From a virus: a stretch of 64,000 nt of DNA. Below the pieces are notes generated by a model that worked only from the letters and a program-made list of their open reading frames with translations, did no database searches and was not told the DNA's origin. Position 1 is the stretch's first letter; each line of letters starts with the position of its first letter. Of this stretch, positions 19,067 through 28,329 are shown piece by piece. The stretch is taken from IMG/VR virus record IMGVR_UViG_3300034072_002256, positions 1-64,000 of that record. One strand, written 5' to 3'. The position numbers and the translations under genes were made by a program.

Positions 19067-20635
19067 ATGAAACGACAATCACCCATCCTCGACCGCTGGG
19101 GCAAACCCATCAATATTGACCTTGAAGTGCCGCAGACCAAAGATGAAGCCGCGCTGGCACACCTGCAAAGCCACTACGGCGGGCACCCATCGTCTGGCCT
19201 GACTCCGGGCCGTATTGCAGCAATATTAAAAGATGCCGAACGCGGCAACCTGATTGCTCAGTGCGAACTGGCCGAGGATATGGAAGAGAAAGATGCTCAT
19301 ATCCAGTCTGAGTTGGGGAAACGCCGGCTGGCACTGATGTCTGTGCCCTGGAACATCACCGCGCCACCTGGTGCCAGCGCTGAAGAAAAGCGCGATGCAG
19401 AAATGATTGAATCACTGCTGCGCTCTGCGACCTGGCTTGATGATGCGATTTTTGATGCAGCAGATGCCATTCTAAAAGGCTTCAGCAATCAGGAACTGCA
19501 TTGGGATTACATCGAGAACACGCATGTCATTGTGGGATGTGAGTGGACAGATCCAAGCTGGTTCCAGGTGCATCCAAATGAACGCAACCAGCTGATGCTG
19601 CGCGATGGTAGTCATACCGGCATGGCCCTTCGCCAGTTCGGCTGGTTAAGCCATCGTGCGAAATCTAAAAGTGGCTACATTACCCGCACTGGTTTGGCCC
19701 GAGTTCTGGCATGGCCTTATCTGTTTAAAAACTACAGTGTGCGTGACTTGGCGGAATTTCTGGAGATTTACGGTTTGCCGCTTCGGATTGGTAAATATCC
19801 GGAAGGGGCCAGCCAGACAGAGAAAGCAACGTTACTTAGGGCCGTGATGTCGATTGGCCACAATGCCGGCGGCATTATTCCCAAAGGTATGGAGATTGAG
19901 TTTGAGAAGGCCGCAGACGGGGCATCAGATCCGTTTATGGCGATGGTCGCCTGGGCGGAAAAGTCGCAGAGTAAAGCGATTCTGGGCGGAACGCTCACCA
20001 GCCAGGCTGACGGGAAAAGTTCGACTAATGCGCTTGGTAACGTGCATAACGATGTGCGTGAAGATATCCGTAATGCCGATTTAAAAGCCCTTCAAAACAG
20101 CATTACACGGGACATTATTTATCCGTTGTATGCACTGAACTGTAAGAGTTACCAAAGCCCACACCGCCATCCGCGCTTTGAATTCGACACCTCAGAGGCT
20201 GAGGATTTATCTGCGCTGACATCACCGCTAAAAACTTTGGTGGAGTTGGGTATCCAAATCCCGCAAAGCTGGATCCATGAAAAAGGGCGGATCCCGATGC
20301 CGGCCAACAATGAACCCGTGCTGACACTGCAGGCAGTAAAGACTGAGCCAGTCGAGCAGCTGCGAGGGGTTGCTGTATTAAAAGCGGACGTCAGTACCGA
20401 TGACCAGACAGCAATTGAACATGCCCTGGATGCGCTATCGGCTGGTGAACTCAATACCGATATGGTGAGTGTATTAAAGCCGCTGATGGCTTTGGCAGAG
20501 CAAGACCCGGATGGCCTTAGTGCCAAACTTGGCACTATCTGGCCTCAGATGGACGACCAGGCGCTGACAGAGCGGATTGCACAGGTCATGTTTGTGGCTG
20601 AATTGTGGGGGCAGGTGAATGCCGAAGCCATTTAG
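19067..20635 (+). CDS. Portal protein (Mu gp29/DUF935-like)
   Basis: DLAEFLEIYGLPLRIGKY; ALGNVHNDVR. Confidence 0.92.
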   Translation: MKRQSPILDRWGKPINIDLEVPQTKDEAALAHLQSHYGGHPSSGLTPGRIAAILKDAERGNLIAQCELAEDMEEKDAHIQSELGKRRLALMSVPWNITAPPGASAEEKRDAEMIESLLRSATWLDDAIFDAADAILKGFSNQELHWDYIENTHVIVGCEWTDPSWFQVHPNERNQLMLRDGSHTGMALRQFGWLSHRAKSKSGYITRTGLARVLAWPYLFKNYSVRDLAEFLEIYGLPLRIGKYPEGASQTEKATLLRAVMSIGHNAGGIIPKGMEIEFEKAADGASDPFMAMVAWAEKSQSKAILGGTLTSQADGKSSTNALGNVHNDVREDIRNADLKALQNSITRDIIYPLYALNCKSYQSPHRHPRFEFDTSEAEDLSALTSPLKTLVELGIQIPQSWIHEKGRIPMPANNEPVLTLQAVKTEPVEQLRGVAVLKADVSTDDQTAIEHALDALSAGELNTDMVSVLKPLMALAEQDPDGLSAKLGTIWPQMDDQALTERIAQVMFVAELWGQVNAEAI

Positions 20636-21944
20636 CCTGGCATCCGCTTTTGGTATGCCACCCAAAGATGCGGTGGCCTACTTTCGGGCCAAAGGCTATG
20701 CCGTCTCTGATAACTGGTGGGAAGTCTGGCAGGCGTCTCATGCCAGAGCATTTACCGTGGCCAAAGCCATGCGAATGGATGTGCTGACCACTATCCGGGC
20801 AGAGCTGGACAGAGCTATGTCTCAGGGCAGAACGGCAGACCAGTTCGCAAAAGACCTGGCGCCGACGTTAAAGAAGCTTGGTTGGTGGGGCAAGCAAATC
20901 TGGGCTGATGCAGCCGGTAATGCTCAGGAAGTGCAGCTTGGCAGCATGCACCGCCTACGCAACATCTACCGGGTCAATATGCAAACTGCGTACATGGCGG
21001 GCCGATATCGAGAGCAACTGGCCAATGTGGATGACCGGCCTTACTGGATGTATGTCGCTATTAAAGACAGCCAGACCCGGCCAAGTCATGCCAGGTTAAA
21101 TGGTCGGATTTTTCGTTACGATGACCCTATCTGGAAACACATCTATCCACCAAACGGGTGGGGCTGTCGTTGCCGCGTTCGGGCATTGACCGAAGCCCAG
21201 GTGAAAAAGCTTGGCCGCTCTGTTGAAAACGGTGCTGGGTACATTGAAGAAATTAAGGCTGAAGCGGGCGTTGATAAACGTACCGGCGAAGTGATCACCG
21301 TGGACCATGTTCGGATTAACTTACCGGGTGGAAAGAGTATGCAGCCGGATGTGGGCTGGGCCTATTCACCAGGGGAAGCCGGTTTCGGGACTGATGTGGC
21401 CATCGCACAAAAGCTGGCCCAAGCCAAAGACATCGACCTTCGCAGTCAGCTTATCCAATCTCTCAATAACAGCGAGCTTCGCCAGGCACAATTCGCCAAC
21501 TGGGTGGACAAGGCGCTGGAGAATCGCCGGGCCGGGAATTCGGTGCAGACTCTGGGGTTCATGCAGGATTCTATCCGCGATGTCGTCAACAACAAGCTCG
21601 GTATCGAGGCCAGTTATCTGATGGCCATCTCAGAAAAAGAGCTGCTGCATGCAGATAGCCCAAAACACCAGGCAAAAGGCGTCACGTTAAGTGCGACTGA
21701 GTATCAGCAATTACCAATGCTGCTGCAGCAGGCTGAAGCGGTGCTTTGGGATAAGGCGAATAATAATCTGATGTATGTGTTGCCATCGGTTGATGGTCAG
21801 GCCATTAAGATAATCGTCAACGCGAACTGGCAGATGAAGAAACAGCCACAGCTTTTAAACGCGGTGATCAATGTGTACAAAGTGCAGTGGGAAATGCTCG
21901 GTGGTGAGCAGTATGAAGCCATTCAGGGGAAATTGAGCAGGTAA
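20619..21944 (+). CDS. MuF head morphogenesis protein with C-terminal PBECR-like nuclease domain
   Basis: RAFTVAK and YPPNGWGCRCRV MuF motifs; C-terminal LLHADSPKH..KG...LP.LL...AVLWDK..NNLMY. Confidence 0.85.
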   Translation: MPKPFSLASAFGMPPKDAVAYFRAKGYAVSDNWWEVWQASHARAFTVAKAMRMDVLTTIRAELDRAMSQGRTADQFAKDLAPTLKKLGWWGKQIWADAAGNAQEVQLGSMHRLRNIYRVNMQTAYMAGRYREQLANVDDRPYWMYVAIKDSQTRPSHARLNGRIFRYDDPIWKHIYPPNGWGCRCRVRALTEAQVKKLGRSVENGAGYIEEIKAEAGVDKRTGEVITVDHVRINLPGGKSMQPDVGWAYSPGEAGFGTDVAIAQKLAQAKDIDLRSQLIQSLNNSELRQAQFANWVDKALENRRAGNSVQTLGFMQDSIRDVVNNKLGIEASYLMAISEKELLHADSPKHQAKGVTLSATEYQQLPMLLQQAEAVLWDKANNNLMYVLPSVDGQAIKIIVNANWQMKKQPQLLNAVINVYKVQWEMLGGEQYEAIQGKLSR

Positions 21945-22014
21945 CGGTGGGCCTCGAACCTCACACTCCCAACGCATAGCGACGGCGATTTACCAATTAA
22001 TCGTACGTTACCTG
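21938..22014 (-). ncRNA. tRNA-like RNA (degenerate cloverleaf) antisense to the MuF 3' end
   Basis: Acceptor GGTAACG/CGTTACC, U8-A9, D arm CGAT-TAATTGGTAA-ATCG, GGTTCGA T loop; imperfect anticodon and T stems; no encoded CCA. Confidence 0.75.
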
Positions 22015-22022
22015 TCCCCATC

Positions 22023-22051
22023 AGTATAAATCGAGGATAGAAAATGACCAA
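22023..22051 (-). promoter_or_regulatory. sigma70 promoter for the tRNA-like RNA
   Basis: Minus strand TTGGTC-N17-TATACT ending 8 nt before the RNA stem. Confidence 0.65.
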
Positions 22052-22502
22052 CCCCTTTGTGGTCGAACATAACTTTGATGAGCTGTCGGCTGCATTAACT
22101 GGCCTGCAGCATCGTGCTGAAGATTTAACACCAGCCATGCGCAAGATTGGCGGCCTTTTGTCTGACATCACAGAAGAAGCTTTTGAAACGGAGTCTGATC
22201 CGGTAACCGGTGAATCCTGGCCGTGGCTGTCTGAAAACTACTTAAAGCGCCGACCAAACCGACGCAATGGCCAAATGCTACAGGCAAGTGCCGGCGGTCT
22301 GGCATCGAGCATCGCAGTCGATACAGGGGACATCTGGGCACAGATTGGCAGCAACAAACCTTATGCTGCTATACACCAGTACGGCGGCACCGATGATATG
22401 GCGCCAGGACCAGCTGCTATTCCTGCCCGGCCTTATCTTGGCTTTGGAGAAAGCCACCATGATGAGATAGTCGGGATCATCAGAACTTATATTGAAGGGT
22501 GA
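22044..22502 (+). CDS. Mu gpG-like virion morphogenesis protein
   Basis: GSNKPYAAIHQYGG...IPARPYLG. Confidence 0.9.
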   Translation: MTNPFVVEHNFDELSAALTGLQHRAEDLTPAMRKIGGLLSDITEEAFETESDPVTGESWPWLSENYLKRRPNRRNGQMLQASAGGLASSIAVDTGDIWAQIGSNKPYAAIHQYGGTDDMAPGPAAIPARPYLGFGESHHDEIVGIIRTYIEG

Positions 22503-22645
22503 TTGTTACAGCGACGCACAGGAACGATTTTGGCGGCCTGTATTCGGATTTGGTGTCGTTGGGTTAAGTAGACATGCCTTGACTGTGTATGGCAGATTTA
22601 AAGGCCTATTAAACGGCATAAAATTTGGGATGCAGGACGCGTTGC

Positions 22646-23374
22646 ATGAAAACTATAGAAATCGAATCGGTTGAACAATTTATAAAAGCAATTGGTAGTG
22701 ATCACTTCTTTGTCCAGACAATCTATAGAGGACAATCATACAGGCAAGGTCTGTTGCCTGGAGTTTGTAGAGGAGATAATAAACGCAACACAACGAGTTC
22801 TGAAAAATTAATGTTGGAGCAATTGCGATTGCAAGCAGGCTCCTTAATATCGTCGAGCACGATGACAGATCTAGAGCTTATGATTTTTGCGCAGCATCAC
22901 GGGTTAAAGACGAGACTGTTGGATTGGTCAACAAGTCCGCTGGTGGCTCTTTGGTTTGCATGTCAAGACGCAAACCCAAATTCAGATAGTTATGTTTACA
23001 GCCTTGAATGCGATGACATAGTTGTCACTCAGAGATCTATTTCAGATCCTTTTGACCTAGAAAGAACGGTAGTTTTTCAGCCTGCGGTGAACAATAATCG
23101 GATGGCGGCACAGTCCGGATGGTTTTCACTGCACCACTTTTCTGAGAGTGATGGTCAGTTTGTCCCATTAGAAGCAAATAAGCGTATGCAAGGTGACTTA
23201 TTAGTCGAGTATTACATTAGTAAAAAAGTTCGTGAGTTTCTAGTTCTACAACTTGATGCTCTCGGTGTTCATCACAAAAGTATGTATCCTGATTTTTCTG
23301 GTCTATGTGAACATATAAACTATACCTACAAACACCTTTTAAAACCCGCAAAGACGAATAGTAAATTCCTTTAA
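22646..23374 (+). CDS. FRG-domain protein (moron)
   Basis: IYRGQS, AQHHGLKTRLLDWSTSPLVALWFAC, RMAAQSGWF; AT-rich; absent from prophage 2. Confidence 0.88.
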   Translation: MKTIEIESVEQFIKAIGSDHFFVQTIYRGQSYRQGLLPGVCRGDNKRNTTSSEKLMLEQLRLQAGSLISSSTMTDLELMIFAQHHGLKTRLLDWSTSPLVALWFACQDANPNSDSYVYSLECDDIVVTQRSISDPFDLERTVVFQPAVNNNRMAAQSGWFSLHHFSESDGQFVPLEANKRMQGDLLVEYYISKKVREFLVLQLDALGVHHKSMYPDFSGLCEHINYTYKHLLKPAKTNSKFL

Positions 23375-23435
23375 TTTAGCCACTTAAACCTTCTCCCGCA
23401 AAATCAGCTCAGTGAATTTTTTGACCTGAGCTGAT

Positions 23436-24539
23436 ATGTCCACCAAAACCGCCATCGCCCTTGCTGTTCTGACCGCCACCACTGGCGGCATGGCTGTATT
23501 GACCAGTGTGCTTGATTTGTCTGTTGACGATGAATGGGCGCAGCTGACACCAGATGGTGAATTCTCTGCTGTCGACGGCCGGCCTTTTGATGTGCCTGGC
23601 CGCAAATGGTTGATGAATGCCGATATCGCCGCTCAGGTGATTGCCCGTGTGCAAAGCCGTGCAAATGACCTGGTCATTGACTACGAGCATCAGACTCTGG
23701 AAACAGAGAAAAACGGCAAGCCAGCCCCGGCTGCCGGTTGGTTCAAAGAAATTGAGTACCGCCCAGGGCTTGGTCTCTTTATCAAACCTGTCTGGACGGA
23801 AAACGCAGCGGAGTTCATCCGCAAAAAAGAATACCGCTATCTGTCCGCCGTTTTCCCATACGACAAATCCACTGGCGCCGTGCTCGATGTCCGCATGGCG
23901 GCAATCACCAATTTCCCTGGTCTTGATGGCATGCAGTCTCTTGCCGCATTGGCCGCCCGGAAGTTTCAAACCAACCAACCTAACCACGGAGACGCCCACA
24001 TGTGGAAACAACTTTTAGCCAAGCTGGGAATTACCCTGGCTGATGGCCAGGAGCCAACAGCTGAGCAAGTCGCTCTGGCTGAAACTGCATTGGCTGCCTT
24101 AAAGGCCAAAGCAGACCAGTCCGACAGCCTCAATGAACAAGTCGCAGCACTCAAAGCCAATCCTGGCAATGTCGACCTGCAGCAATATGTGCCGGTGACC
24201 ACTTACAACGCTTTGTTGGGTGAAGTGGCTGCACTGCGTCAGAACGCTGAAACCGGCGATATCAATCAGCTGATTGAGAAAGGCCATCAGGACGGCAAAG
24301 TGCTGGCCGCTGAAAAAGACTACCTGCAGCAGTTCGCGACTCAGCACGGCTTTGCTGCGCTCAAATCATTGATTGCCGCCCGGCCAGTTTTGGCGGCGCT
24401 GAAGTCAACCCAAACCTCCCAAACCCAACAATCTGAATCCGGCAAAACGGAGCTGAGCGCCGAAGATCTGGCTGTGTGTAAAGCCTGCGGTATCAGCCCT
24501 GAAGACTTCCGGAAAACCAAAGAAGGAATGACCGCGTGA
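23436..24539 (+). CDS. Mu gpI-like prohead protease/scaffold
   Basis: IDYEHQT, PAPAAGW, EYRYLSAVF. Confidence 0.92.
   Translation: MSTKTAIALAVLTATTGGMAVLTSVLDLSVDDEWAQLTPDGEFSAVDGRPFDVPGRKWLMNADIAAQVIARVQSRANDLVIDYEHQTLETEKNGKPAPAAGWFKEIEYRPGLGLFIKPVWTENAAEFIRKKEYRYLSAVFPYDKSTGAVLDVRMAAITNFPGLDGMQSLAALAARKFQTNQPNHGDAHMWKQLLAKLGITLADGQEPTAEQVALAETALAALKAKADQSDSLNEQVAALKANPGNVDLQQYVPVTTYNALLGEVAALRQNAETGDINQLIEKGHQDGKVLAAEKDYLQQFATQHGFAALKSLIAARPVLAALKSTQTSQTQQSESGKTELSAEDLAVCKACGISPEDFRKTKEGMTA
24000..24539 (+). CDS. Nested scaffold protein (gpZ-like internal in-frame start)
   Basis: CACGGAGA RBS then in-frame ATG; same arrangement at 63130 in prophage 2; known for Mu I/Z. Confidence 0.7.
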   Translation: MWKQLLAKLGITLADGQEPTAEQVALAETALAALKAKADQSDSLNEQVAALKANPGNVDLQQYVPVTTYNALLGEVAALRQNAETGDINQLIEKGHQDGKVLAAEKDYLQQFATQHGFAALKSLIAARPVLAALKSTQTSQTQQSESGKTELSAEDLAVCKACGISPEDFRKTKEGMTA

Positions 24540-24910
24540 GCTTAGCAACCCGTGAAGGCTTAAAGCGTCGCTACCCAGTGAAGGCTGCGACCAAGTTAAC
24601 GGCTAATACCGCCATCTTACTGGTGGCCGGCCTTGCGACTCCCATCGCGATGGTCGCCGGCTTATCAGGTGGTGTCAGCACTTTTGAAGTGGATAACACG
24701 GCTGGCGCTGACGGTGCTGCATTTGTGGAAGTGATTGTTGGTGAGCACAAGTTTGTGAACTCCGGCGATATCACCCGCGCTGAAGTCGGCACGACCGCTT
24801 ATTTCGTCAATGCCCGTTCTCTGTCGAAGGTAAACACCGGTGGCCGTCCAGCTGCGGGGAAAATTACCCAGGTCGACGAAGACGGCGTGTGGGTTGTGCT
24901 CGGCGTTTAA
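24536..24910 (+). CDS. Capsid decoration/cement-like protein
   Basis: 124 aa between protease and capsid, DNTAGADGA...GVWV. Confidence 0.65.
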   Translation: MSLATREGLKRRYPVKAATKLTANTAILLVAGLATPIAMVAGLSGGVSTFEVDNTAGADGAAFVEVIVGEHKFVNSGDITRAEVGTTAYFVNARSLSKVNTGGRPAAGKITQVDEDGVWVVLGV

Positions 24911-24948
24911 TGCCAGGCATCAGTTTTAACCGGTTTTAGGAAAACAAC

Positions 24949-25842
24949 ATGAAAATCACACAAGCTGCCTTATCGGCACTTTTCACAGCGGTCAATGCCG
25001 CATTTAACCAAGGGCGCAACTCATACACGCCTTCCTGGAGTCGCATTGCCACATTGGTCACTTCGACCACGTCGCAGGAAAACTATGGCTGGCTGGGTGA
25101 GTTCAGCCGACTGCGCGAATGGATTGGCGACCGCCAGGTCAACAAAGCCAAAGTGTTCGATTACTCGATTAAAAACAAAAAGTTTGAAGCCACTGAAGGT
25201 ATTCAACGCGAGTACATCGAAGATGACACCTATGGCGTGTTAATGCCGAAGTTCTCGGACATGGGCTATGCCGCCGCATCACACCCGGATGAACTGGTGT
25301 ATGCGTTATTGGCCGCCGGCTTTACCAGCAACTGTTTTGATGGTCAGTTCTTCTTTGATACCGACCACCCGGTTGGTCTTGAAGGTCAGGAAACGTCTGT
25401 CAGCAATATGCAGGCTGGTGCTGGTTCGCCTTGGTTCCTGCTCGATACCAGTCGCCCGTTAAAGCCGCTGATTTTCCAAAAACGTCGTGAATACAACCTG
25501 GCAGCAAAAACCGATGCCGGCACGTCTGATCACGTGTTTATGAAAGATGAGTACCTGTACGGCGTGGATGCACGGGTCAACGTTGGCTTTGGCTTCTGGC
25601 AGATGGCGTTTGGTTCAAAGGCCGCTCTGGATGAAACCAACTTCAACGCTGCTGTGGAAGCGATGATGAGCTTCAAGTCCGATCAGGGCCGTCCACTGGG
25701 TGTCAATCCGAACCTGCTGGTTACGGGGCCGAAAAACCGTGCTGCAGCCAAAGCACTGATTGAAGCCCAGCAAAAGGCCAATGGTGCCAGCAACCCGAAC
25801 TACAAAGCTGTGGAAGTTCTGGTTGTCCCTTGGCTGCAATAA
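24949..25842 (+). CDS. Major capsid protein (Mu gpT-like)
   Basis: YGWLGEF..LREWIGDR, CFDGQFFFDTDHPV, KPLIFQKR, GFGFWQMAFG. Confidence 0.95.
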   Translation: MKITQAALSALFTAVNAAFNQGRNSYTPSWSRIATLVTSTTSQENYGWLGEFSRLREWIGDRQVNKAKVFDYSIKNKKFEATEGIQREYIEDDTYGVLMPKFSDMGYAAASHPDELVYALLAAGFTSNCFDGQFFFDTDHPVGLEGQETSVSNMQAGAGSPWFLLDTSRPLKPLIFQKRREYNLAAKTDAGTSDHVFMKDEYLYGVDARVNVGFGFWQMAFGSKAALDETNFNAAVEAMMSFKSDQGRPLGVNPNLLVTGPKNRAAAKALIEAQQKANGASNPNYKAVEVLVVPWLQ

Positions 25843-25850
25843 GCCCTGGT

Positions 25851-25876
25851 GAGTGACGGCTTGCCGTCACTCCTTT
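25851..25876 (+). terminator. Stem-loop after capsid gene
   Basis: GAGTGACGG-CTTG-CCGTCACTC followed by CTTT. Confidence 0.6.
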
Positions 25877-25907
25877 CTCCTGTTCCTGACAAAGAGGACA
25901 TCATGCG

Positions 25908-26291
25908 ATGGAAACAATCGTTGTTGTATCGGGTGCTCATAGCGGTTACCGCCGTGCTGGGCGCGCATTTGAACCCGGTGAGAATATTGTGGAGCTTTCG
26001 ACAGTTAGCGAAGAGCAGTTATTGCAGCTCAAAGCTGATCCGCGGCTGGTTGTATTACAAGCGCCATCTGATGGCGTATCTGCGACCGGCAATGCTTCGC
26101 AAAGCGTTCAAACCTTAGAGGAAGCCTTTGCACTGCTGGACCCGGCAAACACTGAGCACTTTACCGGCTCTGGCCTGCCGCAAACACAGGCGCTGACCAA
26201 GCTGGTGGGCCGCACAGTCAATGCAGCTGAGCGCGACAGTGCCTGGGCGGTATTCAAAGCCAAACAAACACCGGCTGACGGTCAGGGCTAA
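25908..26291 (+). CDS. HI1506-like head-associated protein
   Basis: GYRRAGRAF...LKADPRLVV; post-capsid position. Confidence 0.7.
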   Translation: METIVVVSGAHSGYRRAGRAFEPGENIVELSTVSEEQLLQLKADPRLVVLQAPSDGVSATGNASQSVQTLEEAFALLDPANTEHFTGSGLPQTQALTKLVGRTVNAAERDSAWAVFKAKQTPADGQG

Positions 26292-26293
26292 CC

Positions 26294-26713
26294 ATGTACG
26301 CCACAGTCTCTGATTTGCAGCAACGATTCTCCGACAGCGAACTGGTCTCACTGACCGACCGCATGCAGACAGGCTCCATTGATATGGACCTGCTGCAGGG
26401 GCGCATCACCAGCGCATCGGCCCGGATGGATAGTTATCTCGCTGGACGTTACAGCTTGCCACTGGCGCAAGTCCCAGTGGTGCTTGTTGATGTTTGTGCG
26501 GATTTGGTGCGCTACAGCCTGTATGACCAATCAGTGCCGGATGTGGTGAAAAGCCGCTTTGATGATGCCGTTCGCTTTTTAGAACAAGTCAGCAAAGGGG
26601 CTGTCCAGCTGCAAATTCAGGGGATTGGCCCTGCAGCACAACCAGAGAATCTGATTGTGATGGAGTCAGACGGCCATGTCTTTGGCCGGCGTACCAGCAA
26701 AGGATTCATCTGA
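26294..26713 (+). CDS. Mu gp36-like head-tail adaptor
   Basis: MYATVSDL...DSYLAGRYSLPL. Confidence 0.88.
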   Translation: MYATVSDLQQRFSDSELVSLTDRMQTGSIDMDLLQGRITSASARMDSYLAGRYSLPLAQVPVVLVDVCADLVRYSLYDQSVPDVVKSRFDDAVRFLEQVSKGAVQLQIQGIGPAAQPENLIVMESDGHVFGRRTSKGFI

Positions 26714-27150
26714 TGCTCAAACAGGTCGTTGAAAAGCTTCGTCAGGCTTTGGACAACCATGGGGCGTCACGATTCCCCGAGGTTGGCAGTGCCATGACTG
26801 TGGCCAATGCCTTTGATAACGGCTGCCGGAAACCGCTGGAACTCTACGTGGTGCCGCTCCCTGGGAGTTACCGCGCAGCCAGTCAGGATCTGGGGCCACT
26901 GGTTCAGGTCGGGGTTGAAGATGTCGGCGTTATCGTCGGGATGCGTTCTCCAAACGATGCCACCGGCACGAAAGTCGCGGCGGAGCTGGATGCGCTCAAA
27001 TCTGACTTGCTGGAGTGCTTGCTGGGTTTTGCGCCCACACCAAATCACGAGCGGTTAACTCTCAAATCGTTCGATCCGATAGGCCTTAAAAAAGACTGCT
27101 TTTGGGTCATATACCGCTTCAGTAGCGCTGTGTATATCCGGCAGAACTAA
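26713..27150 (+). CDS. Tail terminator-like protein (gp37 position)
   Basis: Synteny; overlapping start. Confidence 0.65.
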   Translation: MLKQVVEKLRQALDNHGASRFPEVGSAMTVANAFDNGCRKPLELYVVPLPGSYRAASQDLGPLVQVGVEDVGVIVGMRSPNDATGTKVAAELDALKSDLLECLLGFAPTPNHERLTLKSFDPIGLKKDCFWVIYRFSSAVYIRQN

Positions 27151-27160
27151 GGAAAGCCAG

Positions 27161-27301
27161 ATGGCAAAAAAACAAGAGCAGCCGGCCGAACCGGCAGAGT
27201 TTACCCCGCCAGGTGGCGGTGGTCGTTATCAACTGATTGATGGTGTGCCAGAGCCAGTGACTGACGCTGAGCAGGCCAACGAACAACCAACCGGAGAGTA
27301 A
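27161..27301 (+). CDS. 46-aa hypothetical protein (not in ORF track)
   Basis: AAGGA RBS, MAKKQEQPAEPAEFTPPGGGGRYQLIDG...; fills the gap before the tail tube gene. Confidence 0.6.
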   Translation: MAKKQEQPAEPAEFTPPGGGGRYQLIDGVPEPVTDAEQANEQPTGE

Positions 27302-27303
27302 GC

Positions 27304-28251
27304 ATGCCTGCATTACGTGCCGAAGAAGAATATATCCTGGTCAAAGTCAGCTCTGCTGCCTATGGCCTCGACCAGGCGCTGGTCGCTGCAGATGCAGTGC
27401 CGGTGTTTGATGTGCAGTACAGCCCTGAGTACAGCAAAACCACGATGAAAGAAGCCCGTGGCTTCCCAGGTGGCGCTGCTGACAAAGTCACAGGCGGCTA
27501 TCAGAAGCTGACCTTTAAAGCCTACGTCCGTGGTTCATCTGCCAAGGATGTCCCAACCATCAACGGCAAGCTGCTGCGTTTATGTGGTAACAGCGAAACC
27601 ATCACGGCGACGACCAGCGTGACCTATGCGCCGGCAACCGACAGTTTTGAGCACGGCATCATTTACTACTACGTCGGTGGTGCAAACGGCGTGCTGCATA
27701 AAATGGCGGGTGTCCGGGGTAGTGCGAAGCTGGTGAGCAAAGTTGGTGATTTGGACTATTACGAGTTCGAATTCATGGGCCTTGATACCGGTCCAGTTGC
27801 TGCGGGCGCGTTGCCGGCTGTGAGCTGGGTTGGCCTGTCGACGCCGATGCACACCGCGGCAGCGACGGTGGAAACCATGACCCTGTTTGGTCAGGCGGTC
27901 GGGATGGCCAACATGACCATCACGTTTGGCAATAAGTTTTCGCACATGCATGTGACCGGTGAAGAAGAGATCGCCTTTGAAAGTCGCGAAGGCTCGGTGG
28001 ATATCTCCATCGTGGAGCCGAACCCGGCCACCATCAACTGGTGGAACAAATCGCGGGCTGGCGACCAGGGCGCGTTGGTGTATCAGCGCGGTAAAACCGC
28101 CGATGCCACCAACATTCTGTTAGCCAACATTCCGAACCTGCAGCTTGGGGGTGTCACCCGCCGAAAAGAAGCCGGCAAGTTGTTCCTGGACATCAAGCTC
28201 AGCATCGTGCCTACGGCCAAAAACAGCGATTACACCATCGTTACCAAGTAA
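27304..28251 (+). CDS. Major tail tube protein
   Basis: 315 aa, precedes chaperone pair and tape measure; SVTYAP..HKMAGVRG pattern. Confidence 0.78.
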   Translation: MPALRAEEEYILVKVSSAAYGLDQALVAADAVPVFDVQYSPEYSKTTMKEARGFPGGAADKVTGGYQKLTFKAYVRGSSAKDVPTINGKLLRLCGNSETITATTSVTYAPATDSFEHGIIYYYVGGANGVLHKMAGVRGSAKLVSKVGDLDYYEFEFMGLDTGPVAAGALPAVSWVGLSTPMHTAAATVETMTLFGQAVGMANMTITFGNKFSHMHVTGEEEIAFESREGSVDISIVEPNPATINWWNKSRAGDQGALVYQRGKTADATNILLANIPNLQLGGVTRRKEAGKLFLDIKLSIVPTAKNSDYTIVTK

Positions 28252-28329
28252 ACCCGCTGCAGTCTCCCTGGAGTCGTGGGCACGGATGCCCCCTCTTTTT
28301 TAAACCACCTTTTAATCGAGATTTAAACC

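Noticed and set aside
21938-22014. Calling the element a functional decoding tRNA or an integration-site remnant
   Set aside because: Anticodon arm is non-canonical, T stem is bulged and there is no CCA; Mu-like phages do not use tRNA att sites.
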